From NCBI GenBank assembly GCA_963675295.2, contig CAXXKJ010000002.1, forward strand, positions 2,912,001-2,976,000: a stretch of 64,000 bases of DNA, written 5' to 3'. The notes under the pieces were generated by a model. The model was not told where the DNA came from. It made no database searches and worked only from the letters and a program-made list of their open reading frames with translations. This document shows, piece by piece, positions 17,590 to 26,863 of the stretch. The number at the start of each line of letters is the position of its first letter. Position 1 is the first letter of the stretch. Source of the DNA: a bacterium. Lineage in GTDB: Bacteria > Electryoneota > Electryoneia > Electryoneales > Electryoneaceae. The position numbers were made by a program, and so were the translations under genes.

Positions 17590-17603
17590 TGGAACCAGCT
17601 CCG

Positions 17604-18104
17604 TCAGATTTCAAGCGCTCGCTTGGCCATGTTCTTTGCGGCGTCAATCGCCGACACGTTGGCTTCGTAATTTCTCGTCGCCGCGATCATGTCCGTCATC
17701 TCGGTGATGATGTTGATCTTCGGACGTGCGACATACCCGAATTCGTTGGAGTCCGGGTGGGATGGATCGTAGTAGTAATCCGGTGTTGAATCATCGCGGA
17801 TTTCGTACTGCTTGACACCGGAAAAGTCGCGTGCGCTGATGCTGGATCCACCGGGACTCATGTGCGACCCGCTGGTCGATCCGAGGCCGAGTCCGGATTC
17901 CGCATGGTGCTGGTTGCGGTAGATTTGCGCGTCGCGAACATCTTCCTGGAAAATGGAGATGCGACGCCGGTACGGCCCGCCTTCGTCGGTGCGCGTGGTG
18001 TTCACGTTCGCGATGTTCTCCGCGATCGCGTCCATCCTGCGGCGGTTGGCGGCGAGGCCGGTGGCGCTGATATCGATGCTGGAGAAAAGTCCGCGTATTT
18101 CCAT
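17604..18104 (-). CDS. flgC: flagellar basal body rod protein FlgC
   Basis: ISATGL.ANRRRMDAIAENIANVNTTR, YDPSHPD, EMTDMIAATRNYEANV. Confidence 0.97.
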   Translation of the reverse strand: MEIRGLFSSIDISATGLAANRRRMDAIAENIANVNTTRTDEGGPYRRRISIFQEDVRDAQIYRNQHHAESGLGLGSTSGSHMSPGGSSISARDFSGVKQYEIRDDSTPDYYYDPSHPDSNEFGYVARPKINIITEMTDMIAATRNYEANVSAIDAAKNMAKRALEI

Positions 18105-18120
18105 CGTTTCCCTCTCTCTC

Positions 18121-18528
18121 CTACTTCACACTTCCGAGCAGGCGCATGGCGGTGAACAGGCCGGCCGTGCGCTTCGCAACCATCGAGTATTGCATGCTGT
18201 TGGTCAGTATGGTCGAGACTTCCTGTTCGATGACGACACCGTTCGCACCGTTCGCGTGAGCGTTGTCCTCATCCTTCCACACCGCATGCCGGACGTTGGC
18301 CGGATTGCTCGGATCGGCCGGCCCGAGCGGTCGTTCGATCCCGCGATGGCCCCAGCGATCCAGCGATTTGGCCAGTTGCTTCTCAAAGCTGACACGGGTG
18401 GAGGCAAATCCGGGAGTGGACGCGTTTGCGATGTTCGACGCGACCGCACGGTGGCGGGCGGCGTAGGCATCCAACGCGTTCTTGTACAGCGGAAGTGGGG
18501 TGTTGTTGTAAACCAATTCCCGAATCAT
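18121..18528 (-). CDS. flgB: flagellar basal body rod protein FlgB
   Basis: ALDAYAARHRAVASNIANASTPGF...NGV.IEQE; start moved to MIREL after GGGAG. Confidence 0.92.
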   Translation of the reverse strand: MIRELVYNNTPLPLYKNALDAYAARHRAVASNIANASTPGFASTRVSFEKQLAKSLDRWGHRGIERPLGPADPSNPANVRHAVWKDEDNAHANGANGVVIEQEVSTILTNSMQYSMVAKRTAGLFTAMRLLGSVK

Positions 18529-18559
18529 ACGGGTACTCCCGGTTAGCCGCAAACCAGTG

Positions 18560-18575
18560 AGCAACCCATATGCCA
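18560..18575 (-). promoter_or_regulatory. sigma54 promoter of the flgB operon
   Basis: - strand TGGCATATGGGTTGCT, near-consensus TGGCA-N6-TTGC. Confidence 0.85.
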
Positions 18576-18591
18576 GTGGTAGTGGATTAAG

Positions 18592-18604
18592 AATCAATGA
18601 GTTA
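18592..18604 (+). promoter_or_regulatory. IHF-type binding site between promoter and upstream sites
   Basis: AATCAATGAGTTA matches WATCAANNNNTTR. Confidence 0.55.
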
Positions 18605-18628
18605 GCGAGTGGTCGAGAATGATGCTCA

Positions 18629-18664
18629 AGGCAAGATGATCCGTGAGGGCGGAAAGGGATGCCG
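18629..18664. promoter_or_regulatory. two putative enhancer-binding-protein sites
   Basis: AGGCAAGATGATCCG (18629) and CGGAAAGGGATGCCG (18650); 21 bp apart and 55 bp from the -24 GG, as at flgD. Confidence 0.5.
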
Positions 18665-18672
18665 CACTGGAT

Positions 18673-18732
18673 GTCCTGAGTCCTGAGTCTTGAGTCCTGA
18701 GACTGAAAAACCTGGGATGTGAGATGTGAGAC
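18673..18732. repeat. heptamer arrays GTCCTGA x4 and GATGTGA x2
   Basis: GTCCTGA GTCCTGA GTCTTGA GTCCTGA ... GATGTGA GATGTGA. Confidence 0.85.
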
Positions 18733-18852
18733 GGGTGGGCTGCGGTCTGCGAATGGGATCGTGCGTGAGCTGAGGAGATGACTGGACTATGATACGAGCG
18801 AAAAGAGATAATGCACGTTTGAATGGAGAACCTGCACGAGTGAATGACATAT

Positions 18853-18900
18853 CCGCCGTGGAACGGCGGGGCGTGGTTAGCGTGTGGCTTCAGCCACACG
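18853..18900. repeat. pair of REP-like hairpins downstream of nadD
   Basis: CCGCCGT-GGA-ACGGCGG and CGTGTGGC-TTCA-GCCACACG. Confidence 0.5.
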
Positions 18901-18975
18901 AAGGGGATCCCCCCTCCCTCCTTCGCCCTTCTGGACCTCTCGCCGCGCCCTGCAGCGGCGCCACAAATTGGACTA

Positions 18976-19566
18976 TTACCGGTACAGCTTCAGATCGTGA
19001 ATGATCTTCAGGGCAGGTTGCGGCACAAGGAACCGCACTGACTTTCCTTCCGCCACACGTTGCCGCACGAGCGTAGCGGACACGGCCAGCTCCGGAATTT
19101 CAACGGGACGGATGTGATCGCGAACCTTGGGGTCGGCGTCCTCGAGCTTCCACCCGGGACGCACCACCGCGGCGATGTCCGCGCGTTCGATGATCTCGTC
19201 GGGGTCTTTCCAGCGCATCAGGCTGTGGACGGAATCACCGCCGAGAATCAGGGTGATCCGGCGGTCCGGGTGTTCGTCGTTGAGCCGGCGGAGGGTATCG
19301 ACGGTGTAGCTGACACCGCCCCGCAGGATCTCATCGTCGCGTACAATGAAGTGATTGACACCGGAACACGATTCGCGCAGCATCCGAAGGCGGATGTCGG
19401 CTGGTGTGGTGATGTTGTCCTGCTTGAACGGGTTGACCGCGGCGGGCATAAACCAGACGCAGTCCAGCGCAAGGGCGTCCCGCACCCATTCCGCGATCAA
19501 CAGATGGGCGACCGTCGGCGGATCAAACGTGCCCCCGAACAGCCCGGTGGGAATGCCGTCAGTCAT
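18976..19566 (-). CDS. nadD: nicotinate-nucleotide adenylyltransferase
   Basis: GLFGGTFDPPTVAH, SYTVDTL, ILGGDS...W, VSATLVR. Confidence 0.95.
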   Translation of the reverse strand: MTDGIPTGLFGGTFDPPTVAHLLIAEWVRDALALDCVWFMPAAVNPFKQDNITTPADIRLRMLRESCSGVNHFIVRDDEILRGGVSYTVDTLRRLNDEHPDRRITLILGGDSVHSLMRWKDPDEIIERADIAAVVRPGWKLEDADPKVRDHIRPVEIPELAVSATLVRQRVAEGKSVRFLVPQPALKIIHDLKLYR

Positions 19567-20392
19567 CGGAACCGAAGATATCGAAGATGCTTTTGCCTTC
19601 CTTCTGTTCCTTCTCAAGCTGCTTGCGTTTGCTCTCTTTCACTTCTTCGATGCGGTCGAGCACGTCATCGCGATGGTCACTTTCCGGGTAGCGATTGAGA
19701 TAGCCCTGCAGCGCGGCAAGTGCTTCGTCCCACTTCTTTTCATCCGCCCAGCTCTCGGCCTTGTGCAGCTGCGCGTCTTCTGCGAACTCGGAATCGTAGT
19801 AGTCGTCCAGCACCGACTGGTAGTAGATGCGTGCAGCCTTGTACTGGCCCATCCGGTGGTATAAACGTCCTGCCCGGTATTCCTTTTTCGCCAGTTTGCT
19901 GCGGAGTTCCTGGATGCGTTCCTCGGCATCGGACACCAACATGCTGCTGGGGAAATCTTCGATGAACAGCTGGAACATCTCCACCGCTTTTTCGGTATAG
20001 ACCTGTTCCTTATGGTACTTCGGCGAGAGTTCGTAGTAGCTCAGCCCGAGCTTGTACTCCCCTTCCTCGACCAACCGGCTGCGCGGATACTGCGTGATCA
20101 GCTTCTCATATTCGCTTGCGGAGATGATGTACTCCTTCATCTCGAAGTGGCTTTCCGCGAGCAGCCACTGGGCGGAGTCGGCAAGAGTCGAACCGGCATA
20201 GTTAATGAGGAAGATTTCGAGGTGTTCAGCAGCGTCGAGATGGCGCCCGCGTTCGTGGTAGTCCTTGATCTTCGCCCATGCAGCGTCCATCGGGAGATCA
20301 TCCACACCCCGCCGGCTGCAACCATTGACCAGGATCAGGGACAGCAACATCAAAGCGATCAGAGATGATAAAACGAGCGTCGTCCTGCGCAT
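19559..20392 (-). CDS. bamD: outer membrane protein assembly factor BamD (TPR lipoprotein)
   Basis: lipobox LVNGC, TPR repeats, KLAKKEY..GRLY. Confidence 0.88.
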   Translation of the reverse strand: MRRTTLVLSSLIALMLLSLILVNGCSRRGVDDLPMDAAWAKIKDYHERGRHLDAAEHLEIFLINYAGSTLADSAQWLLAESHFEMKEYIISASEYEKLITQYPRSRLVEEGEYKLGLSYYELSPKYHKEQVYTEKAVEMFQLFIEDFPSSMLVSDAEERIQELRSKLAKKEYRAGRLYHRMGQYKAARIYYQSVLDDYYDSEFAEDAQLHKAESWADEKKWDEALAALQGYLNRYPESDHRDDVLDRIEEVKESKRKQLEKEQKEGKSIFDIFGSDD

Positions 20393-20767
20393 TCAACTGC
20401 TCCGAAGCGTAAACAGCAACCAGGTGGCGGTACCAACCCCCACCGTGATCAGGATGGGTCCGAGAACGGGCCAATATGAGGGAGATTGGCCCTCAGACTC
20501 AACCTCGGCCTCCCCATTGAACCATAGCCACGTTCCCGTGCCGACGTCCACCGGATTTTCGATCCGACGCACGGACTCAACACTGAGACCCGACAGCAGG
20601 GGCCGAGGTAACGGTAACCGGGGGCTGAAGTCAACATCGTTCAAGTCGGCGGAAAGTTCCATTACAGGGGAGACAGCTGCCGGCGGCGCCAGGGTTGCGC
20701 TCTCAGCCAACGCTGCAGTGTAGGACAACAGGACCACCAGAACGATGTACAGAACCGCGCTTTTCAT
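20393..20767 (-). CDS. hypothetical membrane protein
   Basis: signal peptide MKSAVLY..., C-terminal TM ending LLFTLRSS; ATGA overlap with the lnt stop. Confidence 0.7.
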   Translation of the reverse strand: MKSAVLYIVLVVLLSYTAALAESATLAPPAAVSPVMELSADLNDVDFSPRLPLPRPLLSGLSVESVRRIENPVDVGTGTWLWFNGEAEVESEGQSPSYWPVLGPILITVGVGTATWLLFTLRSS

Positions 20768-22311
20768 CGCCGACTCAGACGTTTGACCACCGACACGATC
20801 AAGCTGAGGATAACCAATGCGCCTCCTGTCCACAAGGCCAGGAGATTGATGTGCCAGCCCCACGCGACGAAGGGCGTGTCCACCGGCCGTTCGACGGTAT
20901 GCACAATCACCCCGCGTTGATCCGAGCCCAGCAGCCCGGCGAACCGGCCGGACGGCGTAATAAACGCCGAGATTCCGGTGTTTGTCGAACGTACGAGGCT
21001 GCGGCCGGTTTCGATGGAACGCATGCGGCTCAACAGCAGATGCTGCAATTGCTGGCCCGTACCGGTGAACCAGCCGTCATTGGTCATGTTCAGCAGGATA
21101 TCGGCGTCCAGGTGTGTCGCCTTCCACCCCGCTTCCGGGAAGATGGCTTCGTAGCAGATGAGTGGCGAGACGCACAGGCTGTCTCCATTCACGCGGAACG
21201 GCCAGGAGACGATCCCGTCGCCGGGCGCGAATTCCGCCTGCCCGAAGTCAAGATTGCGGAGAAACGGGAATGCCCACTGGAATGGAATCCGTTCCCCGAA
21301 CGGCACCAGGTACACCTTGTTGTAGACGAGGAACTGGTTCATCCCGTTCGGGCGAATCAGAAACGCGGCGTTGTAGGGTGTCCTGGAATTGTCTTCGTGG
21401 AATTCGGCGAACCGTCCGCCGGTGACCAGCGTCGCACCGATCCGGTCAACCATCTTCTGGATGTAGCGTCGCCAGCGGTAATCCTGCTCGACGTACACCG
21501 GCGCGGCATTCTCCGGCCACACCATCAAATCGACGCTATCGGCGACATTGGCCGTGCTTAAGGCGTCGTACATGTTCATCGAATAGTCGTACCCGAGCTT
21601 GTATTTCCAGTCCGGGTCGATGTTTCCCTGCACGATGGCGACAGTTGCGGCGTCAGTGCCAGCGGTCTGATCGTGGACGATGTGTTCGCGGTGGTTGCCC
21701 CAGGTCCAGACGGAAACCAGCAGCAGGACAGTCAGCGCGAGGCTCGCCCAGTGACGGCCTCCGATGGTGAGGATCGCGTTCAACAAGGCAATGAAGCCGG
21801 TCATCAGCACGCTGCCGCCGATGGCGGTGAGTTGCAGCAGCTGGAGTGATTGGCCCTGTGTCAATGCAAACGAGATCCACGGGAACGACCAGTCACCGGA
21901 TTGCCAGACGACATCGCTGGCCATGTACAGGATAACCGCGAGCAGGTGAGCCCAGGTTCCGAACGCACGCAGCAGTTGCCGGTGCAGCACGGCGACGAGG
22001 CCGAACCACAGCGACAGCAGCCACGCCAACCCCAGCGCTGAGACGATGCTGACGGCGACATGGGTTCCGCTGTTCCAGGCGATCCAGTACATCGTGCCGG
22101 CGTGCCAGACAAACGCAAAGGTGAAGCCTAGCATCTGCGCTTCACGGCGGGATTCGGCGTGCTCAAGTGCGCGGAAAAACGGGACCAGCCCGAACCAGGC
22201 CAGAGCGTACAGGGGAATTGGGGGAGTGGCGAGAATCAGCAATAGGCCACTGATTGCGGCGAGCAGACGGCGTTTCGGTCTGGATTGAACCTGCAGCAGG
22301 CTGTCATTCAC
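20764..22311 (-). CDS. lnt: apolipoprotein N-acyltransferase
   Basis: VQGNI, VWPENA, YNK..LVPFGE, LICYEAIFP, TNDGWF. Confidence 0.96.
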   Translation of the reverse strand: MNDSLLQVQSRPKRRLLAAISGLLLILATPPIPLYALAWFGLVPFFRALEHAESRREAQMLGFTFAFVWHAGTMYWIAWNSGTHVAVSIVSALGLAWLLSLWFGLVAVLHRQLLRAFGTWAHLLAVILYMASDVVWQSGDWSFPWISFALTQGQSLQLLQLTAIGGSVLMTGFIALLNAILTIGGRHWASLALTVLLLVSVWTWGNHREHIVHDQTAGTDAATVAIVQGNIDPDWKYKLGYDYSMNMYDALSTANVADSVDLMVWPENAAPVYVEQDYRWRRYIQKMVDRIGATLVTGGRFAEFHEDNSRTPYNAAFLIRPNGMNQFLVYNKVYLVPFGERIPFQWAFPFLRNLDFGQAEFAPGDGIVSWPFRVNGDSLCVSPLICYEAIFPEAGWKATHLDADILLNMTNDGWFTGTGQQLQHLLLSRMRSIETGRSLVRSTNTGISAFITPSGRFAGLLGSDQRGVIVHTVERPVDTPFVAWGWHINLLALWTGGALVILSLIVSVVKRLSRR

Positions 22312-22330
22312 GGGATGGGCTCACCACAAG

Positions 22331-22807
22331 TCAAAGCGGCTGGTCAGCATCAGCTGGATACTTGTTGTTCAAGCTGTCGAGGTACTCTTGAAGAAACAGC
22401 GTCGCGGCAACGCGGTCAACCCGTCCCTTGTCCTTCGAGGGCTTGCGTCCGATGGAAATCAGGGTTTGCTCGGCGGAGAAGCTGGACAGGCGTTCGTCGA
22501 CGCACTCCACCAGCACACCGAGTTGTTCGCCGACTTCGGTGGCAAACTCCCGTGCTTTCTGCGCACTCTTGCCCTCGCTACCGTCCATGTTGACCGGCAG
22601 TCCGACGACAATCAGGGAGATTTCCTCACGAGTCACGATCTTGCGGAGTCGGTTCAGCAGTTCCGCGAGCGGCTTTGCGGGAAACGTGTCGAATGGACTG
22701 GCCAGAGACCGTCCGGGATCCGAAATCGCGGCTCCAACACGGACCGTACCCCAGTCCAGGGCGAGGATTCTGCCAGTGTCGCTAGTCTTGTTCGGCGAGC
22801 TCGTCAA
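22331..22807 (-). CDS. ruvX: YqgF/RuvX family nuclease
   Basis: ILALDWGTVRVGAAISD, VVGLP.NMDG, VDERLSS, VD.VAA...LQEYLD. Confidence 0.95.
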   Translation of the reverse strand: MTSSPNKTSDTGRILALDWGTVRVGAAISDPGRSLASPFDTFPAKPLAELLNRLRKIVTREEISLIVVGLPVNMDGSEGKSAQKAREFATEVGEQLGVLVECVDERLSSFSAEQTLISIGRKPSKDKGRVDRVAATLFLQEYLDSLNNKYPADADQPL

Positions 22808-23105
22808 GTGGCACTTTCAACGCGTTTCGCAACAGTTTGCCCGGTTTGAAATGGACCTTGCGTCGTGCAGGAACCTGGATGATCTCGTTCGTCTTCGGGT
22901 TGCGAGCGTGCGGTTTCGACTTCGTCTGCCGGACCTCGAACACACCAAAGTCCCGAATCTCGATCCGCAGCTCATTGTCATCCGACGACAGGATCGTCCT
23001 CAACGCCTGGAACATCTCATTGACGACTGCTGCAGTCACCTCGGGACGCTCCCCCGTCCTTTCGGTGACGACTTCTACGACGTCTTTTTTAATGAACGTC
23101 CGCAT
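22782..23105 (-). CDS. HU/IHF family DNA-binding protein
   Basis: RIEIRDFGVFEV...ARNPKTNE.I.VPARRKVHFKPGK. Confidence 0.93.
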   Translation of the reverse strand: MRTFIKKDVVEVVTERTGERPEVTAAVVNEMFQALRTILSSDDNELRIEIRDFGVFEVRQTKSKPHARNPKTNEIIQVPARRKVHFKPGKLLRNALKVPLDELAEQD

Positions 23106-23172
23106 ACATCCCCCCCATTCCGGATGTAACGCTTCAGTCTGCCCGATCTTATGTCTAATCATTATACGGACT

Positions 23173-25404
23173 TCAGACCACGTCAGCAACGCTCACACGT
23201 TCAACTTGCACGACTCCCTTGATCTTCCCGATTCGGCTTCTCAGCTTCGACAGATGCGACAGGGACCGCACCATCAGTACCAGATTCCCGATACCGATGG
23301 TCCCTTCGGTGCGCAAATTGACTTCCAGCGCGGAGACGGATTGCTTGCTGAGCACCTCGGCGATGTCACGCAGCAGATGTGCGCGATCCTCGGTTACGAT
23401 CCGCAGCCGCACCGGGAATGTGTCGGTCGGACCGGCATCCCAGTCGACCTCGGTTATTCGGTCTTTGTCCTTGCTCAGTTCGCTCATGTTCGGGCAGTCG
23501 GTGCGGTGGACGACAATCCCGCGATTCTTCGAGATGTAGCCAAGAATCGGGTCGCCGGGCAACGGGTTGCAGCAGCGCCCGAATGTCGTCACCAGATTAT
23601 CGCCACCCTTGATGCGTACGCCGGACGATGAAGACGACCCGACGCGCAACTTCTGCTTTTTGATGGCATCTTGAGCCGGTTGATCCTTGCCGTTGAGGTT
23701 AACGTACTTGTCGACAACGGCTCTGGCTTGCAGATCTCCGACACCGATCGCAGCCCACATGCTTTCGATGTCATTGTGGCCGAGTCTGTTCGCCAGCTCG
23801 AGTAGATCCTTGGTTGATGGTTTTTTCCTGGCGCGCTGAACTTCACGCTTGAACATGTCCTCGCCGAGCTGGACAGAATCCTCGAAATGCGCGCGTTTGT
23901 AGAACCGTTTGATCTTGGAACGGGCACGGTGCGTCTTGACGAACCGCAACCATTCCACGTTCGGTTTGGCCGTGTTGCTGGTGAGAATTTCAACATTGTC
24001 ACCGTTGTGCAGCTCTTCGCTGAGCGGCACCATGCGGCCATTGATTTTCGCGCCGAGGGTCGTCAACCCGACATCGGTGTGCACGGCGAACGCGAAGTCC
24101 ACCGGTGTCGATCCACGGGGGAGTTGGATCAGCTTGCCTCGGGGGGTAAAGACAAACACTTCATCTGTGAAGAGGTTGATTTTCAGCGTCCGCATGAATT
24201 CTTCGCTGGAATCTTCCTCTTTGGAACCCTCAATCAACTGCCGAAGCCAGTTGTAATATTCCATCAGGGCGGGATCTTCCTTCGCCGCCTTATGGTCGCC
24301 CTTCTCCTTGTATTGCCAGTGCGCGGCGATGCCGGCTTCAGCGACAAGGTCCATCTCATTCGAACGGATCTGAACTTCGACCACGTGCCCTTCCCGGTCC
24401 AGCACCTTGGTATGCAGCGACTGGTACATGTTCGCCTTGGGCGTGGCGATGTAGTCGCCGAACCGTTCCAGGATCGGAGTGTACATCCCGTGCACGATAC
24501 CGAGCGCCCGGTAGCAGGACGTGACATCATCCACAATAATACGCACGGCGAGCAGGTCGAGGATTTCCTCGAATGATTTCCCGCGCCGCTGAATCTTGTT
24601 GTAAATGCTGTAGAAGTGCTTCGCGCGGCCAAAGACCTTGGCGCTCATGCCTTCCTGCTGCAAACGTCGCAGCAGCGGATCGATGAACTTCTGCACATAT
24701 TCTTCGCGCTCTTCCCGCTTCATCGCGACACGTTCCGCGATCCGGCGGTACGCAATCGGGTCGAGCACCTTCAACGACAAGTCTTCCAGTTCCCACTTGA
24801 CTTTACCGACACCGAAGCGATGCGCCAGCGGAGCGTATATCTCGACGGTTTCGCGCGCGATCCGCTGCCTCGTTTTCGGCGGCAGGAAGTCGATTGTCCG
24901 CATGTTGTGCAGCCTATCGGCCAGCTTGATCAGGATGACGCGCAGGTCCTGCGCCATCGACAGCAGCATCTTGCGGAAGTATTCGGCCTGGCGCTCTTCG
25001 TTGCTGCGGTGATCGTAGCTCAGGGCGGACAGCTTCGTCATCCCCTCAACCAGCACACCGACCACCGGACCGAACTCACGCGCGACATCTTCAACCGTGA
25101 CACCGGTATCCTCAACCACATCGTGCAATAGCGCACCAATCAACGTTGTCGCGTCCACGTTGAGCGTCGACAGGATCGCCATCACGCCGAGTGGATGCGT
25201 GATGTACGGTTCGCCGGAGATCCGCGTCTGGCCGGAATGGGCTTCAGCGGCAAACTCGAACGCGCGCTCGATTTTCTCACGGTGCGGCGAATCCGGTTGC
25301 AGATTCGTCTTCGTCTCCATGATCATCGAGAACCGCTCGCGGGCCTCATCCAGCGTGCTGATCTTGCCCTGCATGCTTTCGATATGTTGGAGTTCCTGCG
25401 CCAT
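23173..25404 (-). CDS. relA: bifunctional (p)ppGpp synthetase/hydrolase Rel/SpoT
   Basis: HD hydrolase (LLHDVVED), GRAKHFYSIY synthetase, TGS (VFVFTPRG), CCNP, ACT domain. Confidence 0.96.
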   Translation of the reverse strand: MAQELQHIESMQGKISTLDEARERFSMIMETKTNLQPDSPHREKIERAFEFAAEAHSGQTRISGEPYITHPLGVMAILSTLNVDATTLIGALLHDVVEDTGVTVEDVAREFGPVVGVLVEGMTKLSALSYDHRSNEERQAEYFRKMLLSMAQDLRVILIKLADRLHNMRTIDFLPPKTRQRIARETVEIYAPLAHRFGVGKVKWELEDLSLKVLDPIAYRRIAERVAMKREEREEYVQKFIDPLLRRLQQEGMSAKVFGRAKHFYSIYNKIQRRGKSFEEILDLLAVRIIVDDVTSCYRALGIVHGMYTPILERFGDYIATPKANMYQSLHTKVLDREGHVVEVQIRSNEMDLVAEAGIAAHWQYKEKGDHKAAKEDPALMEYYNWLRQLIEGSKEEDSSEEFMRTLKINLFTDEVFVFTPRGKLIQLPRGSTPVDFAFAVHTDVGLTTLGAKINGRMVPLSEELHNGDNVEILTSNTAKPNVEWLRFVKTHRARSKIKRFYKRAHFEDSVQLGEDMFKREVQRARKKPSTKDLLELANRLGHNDIESMWAAIGVGDLQARAVVDKYVNLNGKDQPAQDAIKKQKLRVGSSSSSGVRIKGGDNLVTTFGRCCNPLPGDPILGYISKNRGIVVHRTDCPNMSELSKDKDRITEVDWDAGPTDTFPVRLRIVTEDRAHLLRDIAEVLSKQSVSALEVNLRTEGTIGIGNLVLMVRSLSHLSKLRSRIGKIKGVVQVERVSVADVV

Positions 25405-25406
25405 AC

Positions 25407-26855
25407 CTAAAACGGAGTCTCCTGATCGCCGGTGGATTCTGGAATATCGGCTTCGCTGAAGATACCCTCCTTGTCCTGGAATGCAGCAAATTCGCTCAGG
25501 AAAGTCAGTTCCGCGACGCCGGTCGGACCGTTACGCTGCTTGCCGATGATAACCTCGGCAGTATTGTCCAGCTCCTCATCGGACTTCTTTTCGAGTTTGT
25601 CGTAATACGCCTGCCGGTAGACGAACATCACCACGTCGGCGTCCTGCTCGATTGCGCCGGAGTCGCGCAAGTCCGAGAGGATCGGTCGCTTGCTGCCGCC
25701 ACGGGTTTCGACGGCACGGCTGAGCTGCGAGAGCGCAATCACCGGAACGTCCATCTCCTTCGCCAGTCCCTTGAGTTGACGCGAGACCATCGCGATGAAC
25801 TGCTGCTGGCTTTCGACGCGGTTCGGCGGCTGCATCAGCTGCAGGTAGTCGAACACGATCATCTCGCAGCCGTACGTCATCTTCAGCCGTTTCGCCCGTG
25901 CACGCACATCGGTAATCGTCTGATAAGCGGTATCGTCCACGTAGATCGGCAGCTCACTCAGCTTGGCGACCGCGTTCGCGATGCGGCGCCATTCTTCCTT
26001 GCTTGCCGACGCCTGCCGCACCTTGTACAACGGCACCTTGCTGTACGTCGAGATGAGACGCATCGCGATCTGCTTGGCGCTCATTTCCAACGAAACCACG
26101 CCCACCGGCTTCTTTGAATGCACGGCGGCGTTCAACGCAAAGCTCAACGCCAGCGCGGTTTTCCCCATCGAGGGGCGTGCGGCGAGAATGACGAGGTCAG
26201 ACGGCTGGAATCCACCGGTCAGCTTGTCCAGCGCCTTGAAACCGGAGGTGATTCCAGTCAGCTGACCGCCACGCTCGGAAATCTTGTTGAGTTCTTCCAG
26301 CGTTTCATGACCGATATCTTTCATCGGCCGGTAGGCGTGCCGGTCGCGATACTTCTGCAGGTCGAAGAATGAGGTGATCGCTTCTTCCAGGACGAATTGA
26401 GGATCGGCGTCCGGGTTATACACCTTCTCCGCCGTCTCATTGCTGACGGTGAAGATGGTGCGCAGGATGTACTTCTCTTGCACGACTTTCGCGTAGAACT
26501 CAACGTTGCTTGGAAACGGTGTCGCGTCCTGTAGTTCGTCCAGGTACAAGTCGCCGCCAACATTTTCGAGCTCGTTCTTCGCTTTCAGCGACTGGGTCAC
26601 GGTGACCAGATCGATGGGCTCGTTCTGGTTGAACAGATCCTGCATCACGATGAAAATGATGCGGTGCTTCGGCCAGTAGAACGAATCCTCGTGCACGAAG
26701 TCGACGATCTTCGAAAACGCGGTCGTGTCCACCAGCACCGCACCGAGCACGGACTGTTCCGCCTCATAACTCTGAGGCTGTACCTTGGTCGGCGAGGAAT
26801 CCGGCTTTCCGTTTGTCGATTCCCGCTGGGCGGACTTATCAACGCGTTCGTTCAT
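25407..26855 (-). CDS. dnaB: replicative DNA helicase
   Basis: AARPSMGKT, DYLQLM, LSQLSR, DLRDSGAIEQDAD, KQRNGPTG; no intein. Confidence 0.98.
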   Translation of the reverse strand: MNERVDKSAQRESTNGKPDSSPTKVQPQSYEAEQSVLGAVLVDTTAFSKIVDFVHEDSFYWPKHRIIFIVMQDLFNQNEPIDLVTVTQSLKAKNELENVGGDLYLDELQDATPFPSNVEFYAKVVQEKYILRTIFTVSNETAEKVYNPDADPQFVLEEAITSFFDLQKYRDRHAYRPMKDIGHETLEELNKISERGGQLTGITSGFKALDKLTGGFQPSDLVILAARPSMGKTALALSFALNAAVHSKKPVGVVSLEMSAKQIAMRLISTYSKVPLYKVRQASASKEEWRRIANAVAKLSELPIYVDDTAYQTITDVRARAKRLKMTYGCEMIVFDYLQLMQPPNRVESQQQFIAMVSRQLKGLAKEMDVPVIALSQLSRAVETRGGSKRPILSDLRDSGAIEQDADVVMFVYRQAYYDKLEKKSDEELDNTAEVIIGKQRNGPTGVAELTFLSEFAAFQDKEGIFSEADIPESTGDQETPF

Positions 26856-26863
26856 GCAAAAAC

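Noticed and set aside
25407-26855. Intein in DnaB
   Set aside because: Length is normal (482 aa) and the helicase motifs are uninterrupted.
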